From assembly GCA_018971045.1 (NCBI GenBank), contig JAGWVF010000004.1, forward strand, positions 8,535-72,534: DNA of 64,000 bases. The letters run 5' to 3'. Below are positions 26,573-35,437 of the stretch, one piece after another; within the stretch, counting starts at the first letter, position 1; the number at the start of each line of letters is the position of its first letter. Both the position numbers and the translations under genes were made by a program. This stretch comes from Patescibacteria group bacterium. Lineage in GTDB: Bacteria; Patescibacteriota; Minisyncoccia; Phycocordibacterales; Phycocordibacteraceae. The notes below the pieces were generated by a model, which worked only from the letters and a program-made list of their open reading frames with translations, ran no database searches and was not told the DNA's origin.

Positions 26573-27900
26573 GCCCCGTCGTTACGCGCTTCGCTCCGTC
26601 GCCGACCGGACTTTTGCACGCGGGTAATTATCGCACCGCCGTATTCGCTTATCTTTTTGCGAAGCATAGCGACGGGAAATTCATCGTCCGTATCGAAGAC
26701 ACCGACGCGGCCCGCTCGAAGCCGGAATACGAAGCGAATATCCGCGAAGCGCTCGCCTGGCTCGGGCTTCCCGCTGACGAAACGTACCGCCAGAGCGAGC
26801 ATCGAGCGCGCCATCGCGAACTGCTCGAACAACTGATCGCCTCCGGCGCGGCCTATGTCTCGAAAGAGACGCCGCAAGCGCCGGGCGATAGGGAAGAGGT
26901 CGTCCGGTTCAGAAACCCGGGCGGCGCCCTTTCCTTCACTGACGTCATTCGCGGCAGGATCACGACCGACGTCGCCGACCTCGGCGACTTCATTATCGCG
27001 CGTTCGCTCGATGAGCCGGTCTTCCATTTTGCGGTCGTGGTCGATGACGCTGATGAACGCGTTTCGCATGTCATTCGCGGCGGCGATCATATTTCAAATA
27101 CGGCGCGGCAAATGCTCATCCAGCGGGCACTTGATTTCCCAGAACCTCTGTACGCGCATCTGCCGCTCATTATGGACCGCACGCACAAAAAGCTCTCGAA
27201 GCGCACCGGCGCGAAAGCGCTTACCGAATACCGCGATCTCGGCATTCTTCCGGAAGCGCTCCTGAATTATCTCGCATTTCTCGGATGGAATCCGGGCGAT
27301 CGCCGCGAATATATGACGCTTGAAGAGCTCGTTCGAGCGTTCGAACTCTCGCGCGTTCAAAAGGGAAGCGCCGTGTTCGACGAAGTGAAGCTGTTCTCGG
27401 TCAACCAGCATTGGATGCGCCAGCTCTCGATCGACGCTTACATCGAGCGCGGGAAATTCGACGAATACCCCCCGGACATGGTGCGGAAGATCGTTCCCCT
27501 GCTTCAGGAGCGAGCGCGCACCTTTAGCGAGGCGCGGGAGATGCTCTCCGGGGAGTTTTCCTGTTTTTTTCGAACTCCTTCTCCAGATAGGGCGAAGCTT
27601 CTCGCCAAAGAGCCGCCAGATCGTCCGGGATTGGCGAGAATCGCCCTTAAAACACTCCTTGCGGCCGTGGAAGCCCTTCCTGGAGAAGTTTCCGCCGAAA
27701 CGGTTAAACAGGCACTTATGCCATTCGCCGACGCGGAGGAGGCGAAAGGGAAGGGAGGCCGGGGCTCCGTCTTATGGCCTCTGCGCTACGCCCTTTCCGG
27801 CCAAGAACGTTCGCCCGATCCCTTCACGCTCATCGCTCTGTTGGGCGCCCGGGAGTCGAGCGCGCGGATACAGAACGCTATTGCTATACTGGGAGAATGA
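26569..27900 (+). CDS. gltX: Glutamyl-tRNA synthetase
   Basis: RFAPSPTGLLHAGN (HIGH) and KLSKR (KMSKS variant). Confidence 0.9.
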   Translation: MSPVVTRFAPSPTGLLHAGNYRTAVFAYLFAKHSDGKFIVRIEDTDAARSKPEYEANIREALAWLGLPADETYRQSEHRARHRELLEQLIASGAAYVSKETPQAPGDREEVVRFRNPGGALSFTDVIRGRITTDVADLGDFIIARSLDEPVFHFAVVVDDADERVSHVIRGGDHISNTARQMLIQRALDFPEPLYAHLPLIMDRTHKKLSKRTGAKALTEYRDLGILPEALLNYLAFLGWNPGDRREYMTLEELVRAFELSRVQKGSAVFDEVKLFSVNQHWMRQLSIDAYIERGKFDEYPPDMVRKIVPLLQERARTFSEAREMLSGEFSCFFRTPSPDRAKLLAKEPPDRPGLARIALKTLLAAVEALPGEVSAETVKQALMPFADAEEAKGKGGRGSVLWPLRYALSGQERSPDPFTLIALLGARESSARIQNAIAILGE

Positions 27901-29135
27901 CTCGTCGCCGATTGTTCCTTGCGGGCGCGGTTTGCGCGCTCAATCTCTTCGTTGCGCCGTACCTGGCCGTAGCGGAAACGTCAACGTCGCTTCAGGCGCA
28001 GATCAACGCGAACAACGAACAGCTCGCGACGCTGCAGAATAAGATCGCCGAATACCAAAAACGGCTCGACGCGCTCGGCGTCGAAAAGAATACCCTGCAG
28101 TCCGCCATAAGCGCGCTCACGCTCACTCAGCAAAAGCTCACCACTCAGATCCAAGCGACTCAGAACAAGATATCGTCGGCGAATCTGCAGATTCAGAAAC
28201 TCTCGCAATCCATCAGCACGACTGAAGGGACGATCGGCGACAATCAGCAAGCGATCGCGAAGGCGCTCCGGAGCGTCGGCCAAGGCGATCAAGAATCGCT
28301 CGTGGCCCAGCTCATCTCGGCGAACTCTCTGGAGGAGGCGTGGCGCGTGGCAGACGAAGCGGCGCAATTCAATGCAGCTCTGGTCGCCAAGATCAGCGAT
28401 TTGAAAACGATGAAGGCGGCGCTTACCGTAAATCGCGATGACATCGCGAGCACGAAAGCGACTCTGGTATCGCTCCAACAAGATCTTAATTCGCAGAAGA
28501 GATCGGTGATCGGGAGTAAAGCGGCTGAACAAGATCTGCTGAAGCAAACGAAGAATCAAGAATCGAATTATCAAAAGCTGCTTAAGGCGGCGAAAGCCGA
28601 GCTCGCCGCCTTTTCAGCTTTTACCGCGAATGCCGGCGGCTCGAAACTGCTCGCGAATCAAACGAGTTGTGACGCGTGGGGATGCTACTACAGCCAGCGC
28701 GATACGCTCTGGGGCAATATGCCGCTCAACGGAACGCGCTTCCGCTTGGCGAGCGACGGCTGTCTCGTCACGTCGATGGCGATGATGCTGACTCATTACG
28801 GCTATCGCGACGTAACGCCGGTAACGATTAACGCTGATTCGTCCAATTTCGCATCCTATTATCCGGCCTATCTGCTTTTTACGATTCATGTCGACGGCAT
28901 CAGCGCTACGCGAAAGGCGGCGTATATCGACTCCACGCTTGCCGGAGGCGACCCGGTGGTCGTCGGCGTTCATGCTTACGGCGGCACGCACTACGTCGTC
29001 TTGACGAGCGGAAGCCATGGCGACTATCTGATGCGCGATCCCTACGTCGCGAACGGCAAGGACATCAGCTTCAACGCGCATTACGCCGTGGGGTCCATAT
29101 TCGGCGTCTCGAGAGTTGTTATCGAGAGGAATTGA
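27897..29135 (+). CDS. PcsB-like secreted protein: signal peptide, long coiled-coil and C-terminal papain-like (C39_2-like) cysteine peptidase domain; putative peptidoglycan hydrolase
   Basis: MTRRRLFLAGAVCALNLFVAPYLAVA signal; about 250 aa of heptad-rich Q/L sequence; C-terminal Q...DGCLVTSMAMMLTHYG (Cys) and ...GTHYVVL (His); start overlaps the gltX stop (ATGA). Confidence 0.6.
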   Translation: MTRRRLFLAGAVCALNLFVAPYLAVAETSTSLQAQINANNEQLATLQNKIAEYQKRLDALGVEKNTLQSAISALTLTQQKLTTQIQATQNKISSANLQIQKLSQSISTTEGTIGDNQQAIAKALRSVGQGDQESLVAQLISANSLEEAWRVADEAAQFNAALVAKISDLKTMKAALTVNRDDIASTKATLVSLQQDLNSQKRSVIGSKAAEQDLLKQTKNQESNYQKLLKAAKAELAAFSAFTANAGGSKLLANQTSCDAWGCYYSQRDTLWGNMPLNGTRFRLASDGCLVTSMAMMLTHYGYRDVTPVTINADSSNFASYYPAYLLFTIHVDGISATRKAAYIDSTLAGGDPVVVGVHAYGGTHYVVLTSGSHGDYLMRDPYVANGKDISFNAHYAVGSIFGVSRVVIERN

Positions 29136-29146
29136 ATTATTATTAA

Positions 29147-29344
29147 ATGACAAACAGTGATATCCTTTACCCCATGGCGCGCACTCTCTTTTGGGCATTC
29201 GTTTTCATTCTCGCGCTCTCATTTTTCGGCATTTCACTTCGCGCTATTATCATGTCTCCCGCGGGGCAGGAGAATTTCGGCTACGTTTACCACGTTATGG
29301 CCCAGTTCTGGCAGTGGCTTACAGGCTGGATTCTAGGGAAGTAG
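29147..29344 (+). CDS. Small hydrophobic membrane protein (65 aa), hypothetical
   Basis: One or two TM segments; follows the PcsB-like gene by 11 nt. Confidence 0.35.
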   Translation: MTNSDILYPMARTLFWAFVFILALSFFGISLRAIIMSPAGQENFGYVYHVMAQFWQWLTGWILGK

Positions 29345-29390
29345 AAAATTACGCAAAAGATATATTGTGCGAACAATGTTTCCTTCTCCC

Positions 29391-30134
29391 CTAGCAGGTG
29401 ACGTGCGCGACGATATAGTCATACGCTTCATCGGCCGTATCGACAAGCGTAAAGAGCTCCATGTCCTCTTTATCTATCGCCTGATATTTCTCGTATGCGA
29501 CTGTTTTAAAAAAATTGAGGAGCGGCTGCCAAAAATCTTTTCCTATTAAAATGAGAGGGACCGTGCGGATTTTCTTCGTCTGTATCAGCGTCAAAATTTC
29601 GAAAAATTCATCAAGGGTTCCGAAACCTCCGGGGAAATAGACATACACCTCCGAAGCGTATGTCAGCATGACCTTACGGACGAAGAAATGATCGAAGCCG
29701 AATTTTTCGGTCAAGTACGGATTATATTCCTGCGCGTTCGGGAGATTGATATTGAGGCCGACCGAGACTCCGCCGGCCTCGAAAGCGCCTTTGTTGGCGG
29801 CTTGCATGATACCCGAGCTCCCGCCGGTAATGATCGCGAATCCCTTTTTCGACAACCGGCTCGCGAGATCGGTCGCCTGCTGATACGAAGATGAATCGGG
29901 TATCGCGCGCGAACTGCCGAAAAAGGAGACGGCGAGGCCGTAACGGCGAATGATGTCGAATCCCTCAACGAACTCGGACATGATCTTAAAAACTCGCCAC
30001 GATTCGATTTTTTTCGGCTTGCACACAAGGAGCGGCCGCTCGACCGGCATCGTCTGATGTCCCTCGTGGACGATGTTCGCCAATCGGTCCGCCGTACCAT
30101 GGAGCTCCGCTCCTTGCACCAACTCGTCGTTCAT
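29391..30134 (-). CDS. LOG family protein (cytokinin riboside 5'-monophosphate phosphoribohydrolase-like; TIGR00730)
   Basis: ITGGSSGIMQAANKGAFEAGG and PGGFGTLDEFFE (PGGxGTxxE) motifs. Confidence 0.85.
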   Translation of the reverse strand: MNDELVQGAELHGTADRLANIVHEGHQTMPVERPLLVCKPKKIESWRVFKIMSEFVEGFDIIRRYGLAVSFFGSSRAIPDSSSYQQATDLASRLSKKGFAIITGGSSGIMQAANKGAFEAGGVSVGLNINLPNAQEYNPYLTEKFGFDHFFVRKVMLTYASEVYVYFPGGFGTLDEFFEILTLIQTKKIRTVPLILIGKDFWQPLLNFFKTVAYEKYQAIDKEDMELFTLVDTADEAYDYIVAHVTC

Positions 30135-30153
30135 ACGTTCTTATTCTAACAGA

Positions 30154-30504
30154 CTAGAGGCCGGCGCAATTCCCTGCCGGCGAATAACCAGCCGCGCGAG
30201 CGGCTGCAGCTGAAGAAAAATACACTTTATTCGCGGCGGATATGCGGCTCGCTCCCGAGCAGGAAGTCAGATAATATTTCGCGCCGAATTTTGACGCGAC
30301 AATAGCGGTATTCGTCGCCTCCGGAGGTGCCGAAACCGCAATCGCGTTCTCGTCCCCGCTTCCCTTTCCGGCGTCCTCGCCGGCGAGATACCCCAGGCAG
30401 AAGCTCGCCGTGGAAGCGAAGACTAGGACGCCGATAATCAGAACGTCGCGAGGGAATTGAGCAAAAGCGCTTTTGCATTTTTCGCGCACTTCTGCTATAG
30501 TCAT
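30154..30504 (-). CDS. Membrane-anchored protein with a degenerate Ada-like zinc-binding domain (hypothetical)
   Basis: TM anchor; C-terminal KYYLTSCSGASRISAANKVYFSSAAAARAAGYSPAGNC resembles the Ada N-terminal Zn-binding motif but keeps only 2 of 4 Cys; the longer ORF to 30534 would overlap the rpmA 5' end. Confidence 0.35.
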   Translation of the reverse strand: MTIAEVREKCKSAFAQFPRDVLIIGVLVFASTASFCLGYLAGEDAGKGSGDENAIAVSAPPEATNTAIVASKFGAKYYLTSCSGASRISAANKVYFSSAAAARAAGYSPAGNCAGL

Positions 30505-30524
30505 AGCTGTAATACTATACCACC

Positions 30525-30797
30525 ATGGCATCAACCAAAGCTGGCGGATCAGCCAAAAATCTTACCGATTCGAACCCGAAATACCTGGGAGTTAAGCTTG
30601 CCGACGGCGCCGCGGCTCGTCCCGGAATGGTCATCGTCCGCCAACGCGGCACCAAGATCGAGGCCGGTAAAAATGTGCGGATCGGCAAAGATCATACTCT
30701 CTTCTCGACGGCAATCGGCAAGGTGGCTTTCCGTACTCGCCGCAAGACCAACTACGCAGGACAAATGCGCGTCAAAAAGGTCGTCGATGTCCTCTAG
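30525..30797 (+). CDS. rpmA: 50S ribosomal protein L27
   Basis: GGSAKNLTDSNPKYLGVK...VIVRQRGTKIEAGKNVRIGKDHTLF. Confidence 0.9.
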   Translation: MASTKAGGSAKNLTDSNPKYLGVKLADGAAARPGMVIVRQRGTKIEAGKNVRIGKDHTLFSTAIGKVAFRTRRKTNYAGQMRVKKVVDVL

Positions 30798-31332
30798 AAA
30801 AGCTTCAGCCGTTCTCGAACTCCTTCCGTCGTATCGGGCCGCCATTCACAACAGCGTAGGCACAGCGCTTTTTCGGAACCTCTATTTCCGAATCGGGAGA
30901 ACGATCGTTGACGTTCTCGATGACGGAGATCTTTCATGCGCAGTCTTCGTCTCGTCAATACTCTACCTATTCGGACTCATTCCAGAACGCCATACCACCG
31001 TCAAAAGCACCGTTGAAGATATGAAAAAGGCCGGCTGGTACGTTACGAAGCGTCCCCGGTCGGGCGCCGTTATCGAATGGGGCTACCGGCAGTTGCCGAA
31101 TGGCGGGCAAGGCAAGCATCGGCATCTCGGTTTTTACGTCGACGCCTCAAGCGCCGTCAGCAATGATTCAATCAAGCGGACAATTTCTAAACACCACCTC
31201 ACGTTCGGCACGAAGCCGAACGGAACACCCAGACGAGAAATTATCGCCTATTATTGGAATGATAAATTAAATAAACGCCGCTTGAATCACTCGGCCTCAA
31301 CGGTAATCGAAAAGCTTCCGAAAGCTTCGTGA
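30787..31332 (+). CDS. NlpC/P60- or CHAP-like papain-fold peptidase (no signal peptide), hypothetical
   Basis: DLSCAVFVSSILYLFG (Cys) ... GAVIEWGY....HRHLGFYVDASSAVSNDS (His) in NlpC/P60 order; overlaps rpmA by 11 nt; 3' end overlaps the convergent rplI by about 46 nt; the first 110 aa of track ORF 30457 are a spurious extension. Confidence 0.5.
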   Translation: MSSRKASAVLELLPSYRAAIHNSVGTALFRNLYFRIGRTIVDVLDDGDLSCAVFVSSILYLFGLIPERHTTVKSTVEDMKKAGWYVTKRPRSGAVIEWGYRQLPNGGQGKHRHLGFYVDASSAVSNDSIKRTISKHHLTFGTKPNGTPRREIIAYYWNDKLNKRRLNHSASTVIEKLPKAS

Positions 31333-31730
31333 TGAGAGATCGGGATAGTAAACGTGCCGAGTTCTTTAATCGGCTTTTCGAGTTTGATGGCATCTTCCGG
31401 AAGATCGATATGCGCCTGCGCGCGAGCCGCTTCCATGATGTCGGCGGCGTCAATCGCGTCATAGAGATGCCCCTTTTCATTCACTTTCGCCGCGATAGTG
31501 ATTTTTGCTTCCGCGAGAGACGCGATATTTTGGGCGACGAGCGCGGTATCGAGCGCCGCGCGCTCGGCAGACTTCCGGCGGTGTGATTCGGCTTCCTTGA
31601 GCGCGAGCGGCGTCGCGGAGACGGCAAGTTTTTTGGGAATAAGAAAATGAAGCGCGTAACCGTCCGCCACGTCCGCTACTTCATAAGCGTGCCCCACGCC
31701 CTTCACCTCCTTAATCAATATGACTTTCAT
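31287..31730 (-). CDS. rplI: 50S ribosomal protein L9
   Basis: MKVILIKEVKGVGHAYEVADVADGYALHFLIPKKLAV. Confidence 0.9.
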   Translation of the reverse strand: MKVILIKEVKGVGHAYEVADVADGYALHFLIPKKLAVSATPLALKEAESHRRKSAERAALDTALVAQNIASLAEAKITIAAKVNEKGHLYDAIDAADIMEAARAQAHIDLPEDAIKLEKPIKELGTFTIPISHHEAFGSFSITVEAE

Positions 31731-31746
31731 ATCAGCCCACCTTACC

Positions 31747-32988
31747 CTATCGCGTTCCGGTCGTCAAAAATTGAACGGCCCGATCCTTTTGCGGATCCGT
31801 TTTCGCCGTAGCGTCGGCGGCCGTATAGGGAACGATGATGTCCGGCGTGATGCCGTTACCCATGATCCAGTGTCCGGCCGGCGTGATCCAGCGCGCGACC
31901 GTTATCTTGAGCGAACCTCCGTCAAGATTAAAGAGCGTTTGAACCGACCCCTTGCCGAATGACTTCATGCCGATAAGCGTCGCGGCGTGCGCGTCCTGGA
32001 GCGCGCCGGCAAGAATCTCAGACGCCGAGGCCGAACCGCCGTCGATGAGCACCGCGATCTGCGTGCCGGGCGGCGCGTCCATGTAACCGAGGCTTGCGTG
32101 AACGACATTGTTCTGTTTTCCGCCGTAATCCTCGGTGACGACGGTCGCTCCTTTCGGTAAGAAGTGGCTGGCGATGTCGACGGCCGCGTCAAGATAGCCG
32201 CCCGGGTTCGAGCGGAGATCGATGATCAGTTTTCTGGATCCGGACGACTTGAACCGCTCAAACGCCTGATCAAAGAGCGAGGCCGAGTTCGCGGTAAACT
32301 CATAGAGCGCGATGCGGTAGACGCCGCTCTTCGCGTCAAGCCCGTCATCAGTTTCGGGTACCTGAATCGTATCGCGCACGATCTTTATGGCGATCGGTTT
32401 CCCGCCGCGCACCACGGTAAGCTCGACCGGCGTCCCGATGGCGCCGCGGATTTGGTTCACGGCGGCTTCAGTGGACATGCCTTCAGTCGATTTTCCGTCG
32501 ATGGCCGCAATCTGATCGCCCGCCTTGACGCCGGCGGCTTCGGCGGGAGACCCTTTGAGGGGCGAAATGACGGTCAATATATTGTTCTTTACGTCAAGCT
32601 CCATCCCCACGCCGCCGAAACTGCCGGCGATCGTATCGGCGAATTTCTTCGCTTCTGCGGGCGGGAAGAAGACGGTATAGGGATCGCCGTAGGAATTCGC
32701 CAAGCCGCTGATGGCGCCGTAAATCCGTTCTTTTGCGGTCGGCATTGTCCCTGAGGCATGGGTTATGATGTAATTTTGATTCAGCACGTTCCACGCCTTC
32801 CAGAACGGCGAGAGATCGGCGCTCTGGTCCGGCGTAGCATCAAGCTGATCGCCGATAAGCGGCAGGTGCGAGATTGCCGCGGCGCCGTTTCCGCTCCCGT
32901 CAACGGCGATTCCCGCGCCGAATGAAAGCGCGGCCACAAGTGCGTATGAAATGCCGCGCGCTGTAACCGTGTGCAATCGCTTCTTCAT
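31747..32988 (-). CDS. ctpA: Carboxyl-terminal processing protease (S41 family) with a PDZ domain
   Basis: PDZ segment GVKAGDQIAAIDGKS; S41 catalytic region DGGSASASEILAGALQD...KSFGKGSVQ; signal/TM MKKRLHTVTARGISYALVAALSF. Confidence 0.85.
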   Translation of the reverse strand: MKKRLHTVTARGISYALVAALSFGAGIAVDGSGNGAAAISHLPLIGDQLDATPDQSADLSPFWKAWNVLNQNYIITHASGTMPTAKERIYGAISGLANSYGDPYTVFFPPAEAKKFADTIAGSFGGVGMELDVKNNILTVISPLKGSPAEAAGVKAGDQIAAIDGKSTEGMSTEAAVNQIRGAIGTPVELTVVRGGKPIAIKIVRDTIQVPETDDGLDAKSGVYRIALYEFTANSASLFDQAFERFKSSGSRKLIIDLRSNPGGYLDAAVDIASHFLPKGATVVTEDYGGKQNNVVHASLGYMDAPPGTQIAVLIDGGSASASEILAGALQDAHAATLIGMKSFGKGSVQTLFNLDGGSLKITVARWITPAGHWIMGNGITPDIIVPYTAADATAKTDPQKDRAVQFLTTGTR

Positions 32989-33025
32989 GCGCTGAAAATC
33001 CATCTGGCAAAGTGTAGCATATGGT

Positions 33026-33958
33026 ATGCTGTTTGCTATGATATTTCGACACGAGTACCGGGGCGGCGTCTGGGTCGATATCGAACGACCTTCTGATAAC
33101 GAGATTCGGCAGATCGCGCGGGAATTCTCGATCGGCGAACGTTTCGAACGGGAACTCTTCTCGTCGACGCCGCTCCCGCTCGTAACCGGAGACGAGACCA
33201 TGGCGCTCATGGTACTCCACTTCCCCACCACCGGATCCGAGGAAGGCGAAACGAAGAGTCAGGAGGTGGATTTCGTCGTCGGGAAGCATTTTATCGTTAC
33301 GGTGCGGTATGAAATCGTAACGCCGTTGCATCATCTCAAGAAATTACTCGAAACGCAGGAATTGGTCGAAGGCAAGGCGCAGATCACGACTGATGTGCTG
33401 CTCGAGGTACTCTTCGCACACCTCTACACCGCGATGCGCGATCATACGAATATCATCGCAGAAAATTTGGCGCGCGTCGAAAAGAAGATGTTCTCCGGGA
33501 AAGAGCGGATGACCGTGCGCGCTATCTCGAACATCAGTCGCTCTTTCCTGCATATCGAATCGGCGCTCGCGAATCAAGAAGAATCCATCGGACATTTTCT
33601 TGAGATCTTATTGCAGCGAAACTTTTTCGGTCCGACCTTCGCCGATCGTTCGGGGCGCATTCTCGCCGAGACGACCCATATTTCTCGCATCGTGAAGACG
33701 CATCGCGCCGCCGCGACCGAACTGCGCGAGACCAACATCGCTCTTCTTGAAGCGCGCCAGAATGAGATCATGAAAACGCTTACGACGATGACCGTGATCG
33801 TTCTGCCGCTCGAACTCATCGCTTTCATCTTCGGCATGCATCTTCCCGGCACGCCGCTGTATAACGATCCGAACGCTTTCGGGCTCATCATGATTTACAT
33901 GCTTATCAGCGTGGTGATCACGACGCTCTACTTCGCGTGGAAACGCTGGATTTTCTAG
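33026..33958 (+). CDS. corA: CorA-family divalent cation transporter with GMH in place of the GMN signature
   Basis: Two C-terminal TM helices; LELIAFIFGMHLPG; ends ...KRWIF. Confidence 0.75.
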   Translation: MLFAMIFRHEYRGGVWVDIERPSDNEIRQIAREFSIGERFERELFSSTPLPLVTGDETMALMVLHFPTTGSEEGETKSQEVDFVVGKHFIVTVRYEIVTPLHHLKKLLETQELVEGKAQITTDVLLEVLFAHLYTAMRDHTNIIAENLARVEKKMFSGKERMTVRAISNISRSFLHIESALANQEESIGHFLEILLQRNFFGPTFADRSGRILAETTHISRIVKTHRAAATELRETNIALLEARQNEIMKTLTTMTVIVLPLELIAFIFGMHLPGTPLYNDPNAFGLIMIYMLISVVITTLYFAWKRWIF

Positions 33959-33961
33959 AAT

Positions 33962-35425
33962 ATGTCGTGGTTCGCTCAAATATTCGGCAAGCAGAAAAAG
34001 TCGCCGCAACAGATACCCCCGCTCTTTCTCACGAATACCCTTTCCGGAAAGAAGGAATTATTCGTCTCTCAAAAGCCGGGTATCGCGCTCTTGTATACGT
34101 GCGGGCCGACCATGTATGGCCCGGTTCATATCGGCAACCTGCGATCGTACGTCTTTTCCGACACCCTCGCGCGCACTCTCTCCGCCGCCGGTTATCGAGT
34201 GCGGCGGGTGATCAATATCACCGATTTCGGCCATCTCATTTCGGACGGCGACGACGGCGAAGACAAGATGACCAAAGGGCTTCGGCGCGAGCACATGGAG
34301 ATCACGATGGACAACATGCGCGCTCTGGCAGAAAAATACACGACCGGCTTTATTGATGATCTTGCGGCTCTCAACATTGATACCGGGGAAATCGCGTTTC
34401 CGCGCGCGAGCGATTATATTCACGAACAGATCGCCTTTATCGCAACGCTCGAACAGAAGGGATACGCCTATCGCACGAAGAATGGCGTGTATTACGATAC
34501 ATCGCGCTTCTCCGGATACGGACAACTCGGAGGCGTGAATACGAGCACGCAGATAACCGGCACGCGCGCGATTCAAAACATCGAAAAACGCCATCCGATC
34601 GACTTCGTTCTTTGGAAGCCCGACGCGAAGCTCGGATGGCAGAGCCCGTGGGGGCTCGGATTTCCCGGATGGCACATTGAGTGTTCGGCCATGTCGCGCT
34701 CGCTTCTCGGTCAGGAAATCGACATCCATACCGGCGGAGAAGATCTTGCGCCGGTGCATCACAACAATGAAATCGCCCAATCGGAAGCGGCGAGCGGCCG
34801 TACGTTCGTCCATTACTGGATGCATAACGCTTTTCTTACGATGAACGGCGAAAAAGCATCGAAGTCGGTCGGAAACGTCATGTCCCTCGCCGACATAACC
34901 ACGAGCGGATATCATCCCCTCGCCCTGCGGTACTTCTTTCTTCAGGCTCATTACCGTACTCCGCTCTCCTTTTCACAAGAGGCGCTCGCGGGCGCGGCGA
35001 GCGCTCTCGATCGCTTATGGCGGCTTTCGCGGGAAATCGCCCAGGAATCGAAGCGCGCGAGCGCGCCTTCTGAAGCGCGAGCGCGCTTCCTCGCCGCTAT
35101 GCGCGACGATCTCGCTTCGCCGCAGGCAATCGGCGTTCTCTGGGAATCGCTGAAAAGCGAAGAATATTCTCCGAAAGAGAAATGGGGCCTTTTTGAGGAC
35201 GCCGACGCGCATCTCGGACTCTCGCTCCTGCATCCGCCGAAAAAGGCGCTTCTCACCGATGGCGACATTCCTGCGGCCATACGAGAGCTTCTGGAGCGGC
35301 GCGAGACGGCGCGCGAGGCAGGAGATTTTGCCGAGGCTGATCGCATTCGCGAAGCTATCGCCAAAGGGGGATATCGTGTGGATGACCGGGCGGACGGGCC
35401 GGTGTTGACTCCGACGACTCTTTGA
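33962..35425 (+). CDS. cysS: Cysteinyl-tRNA synthetase
   Basis: CGPTMYGPVHIGNLRSYVFSD (HIGH region) and KASKS (KMSKS variant). Confidence 0.95.
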   Translation: MSWFAQIFGKQKKSPQQIPPLFLTNTLSGKKELFVSQKPGIALLYTCGPTMYGPVHIGNLRSYVFSDTLARTLSAAGYRVRRVINITDFGHLISDGDDGEDKMTKGLRREHMEITMDNMRALAEKYTTGFIDDLAALNIDTGEIAFPRASDYIHEQIAFIATLEQKGYAYRTKNGVYYDTSRFSGYGQLGGVNTSTQITGTRAIQNIEKRHPIDFVLWKPDAKLGWQSPWGLGFPGWHIECSAMSRSLLGQEIDIHTGGEDLAPVHHNNEIAQSEAASGRTFVHYWMHNAFLTMNGEKASKSVGNVMSLADITTSGYHPLALRYFFLQAHYRTPLSFSQEALAGAASALDRLWRLSREIAQESKRASAPSEARARFLAAMRDDLASPQAIGVLWESLKSEEYSPKEKWGLFEDADAHLGLSLLHPPKKALLTDGDIPAAIRELLERRETAREAGDFAEADRIREAIAKGGYRVDDRADGPVLTPTTL

Positions 35426-35437
35426 TACACTGGAGGA

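Noticed and set aside
27774-27896. N-terminal extension of the PcsB-like ORF
   Set aside because: Overlaps gltX; the signal peptide begins at M42, which overlaps the gltX stop (ATGA).
30457-30786. First 110 codons of track ORF 30457..31332
   Set aside because: Alternative frame over rpmA with nonsense composition; the real gene starts at 30787.
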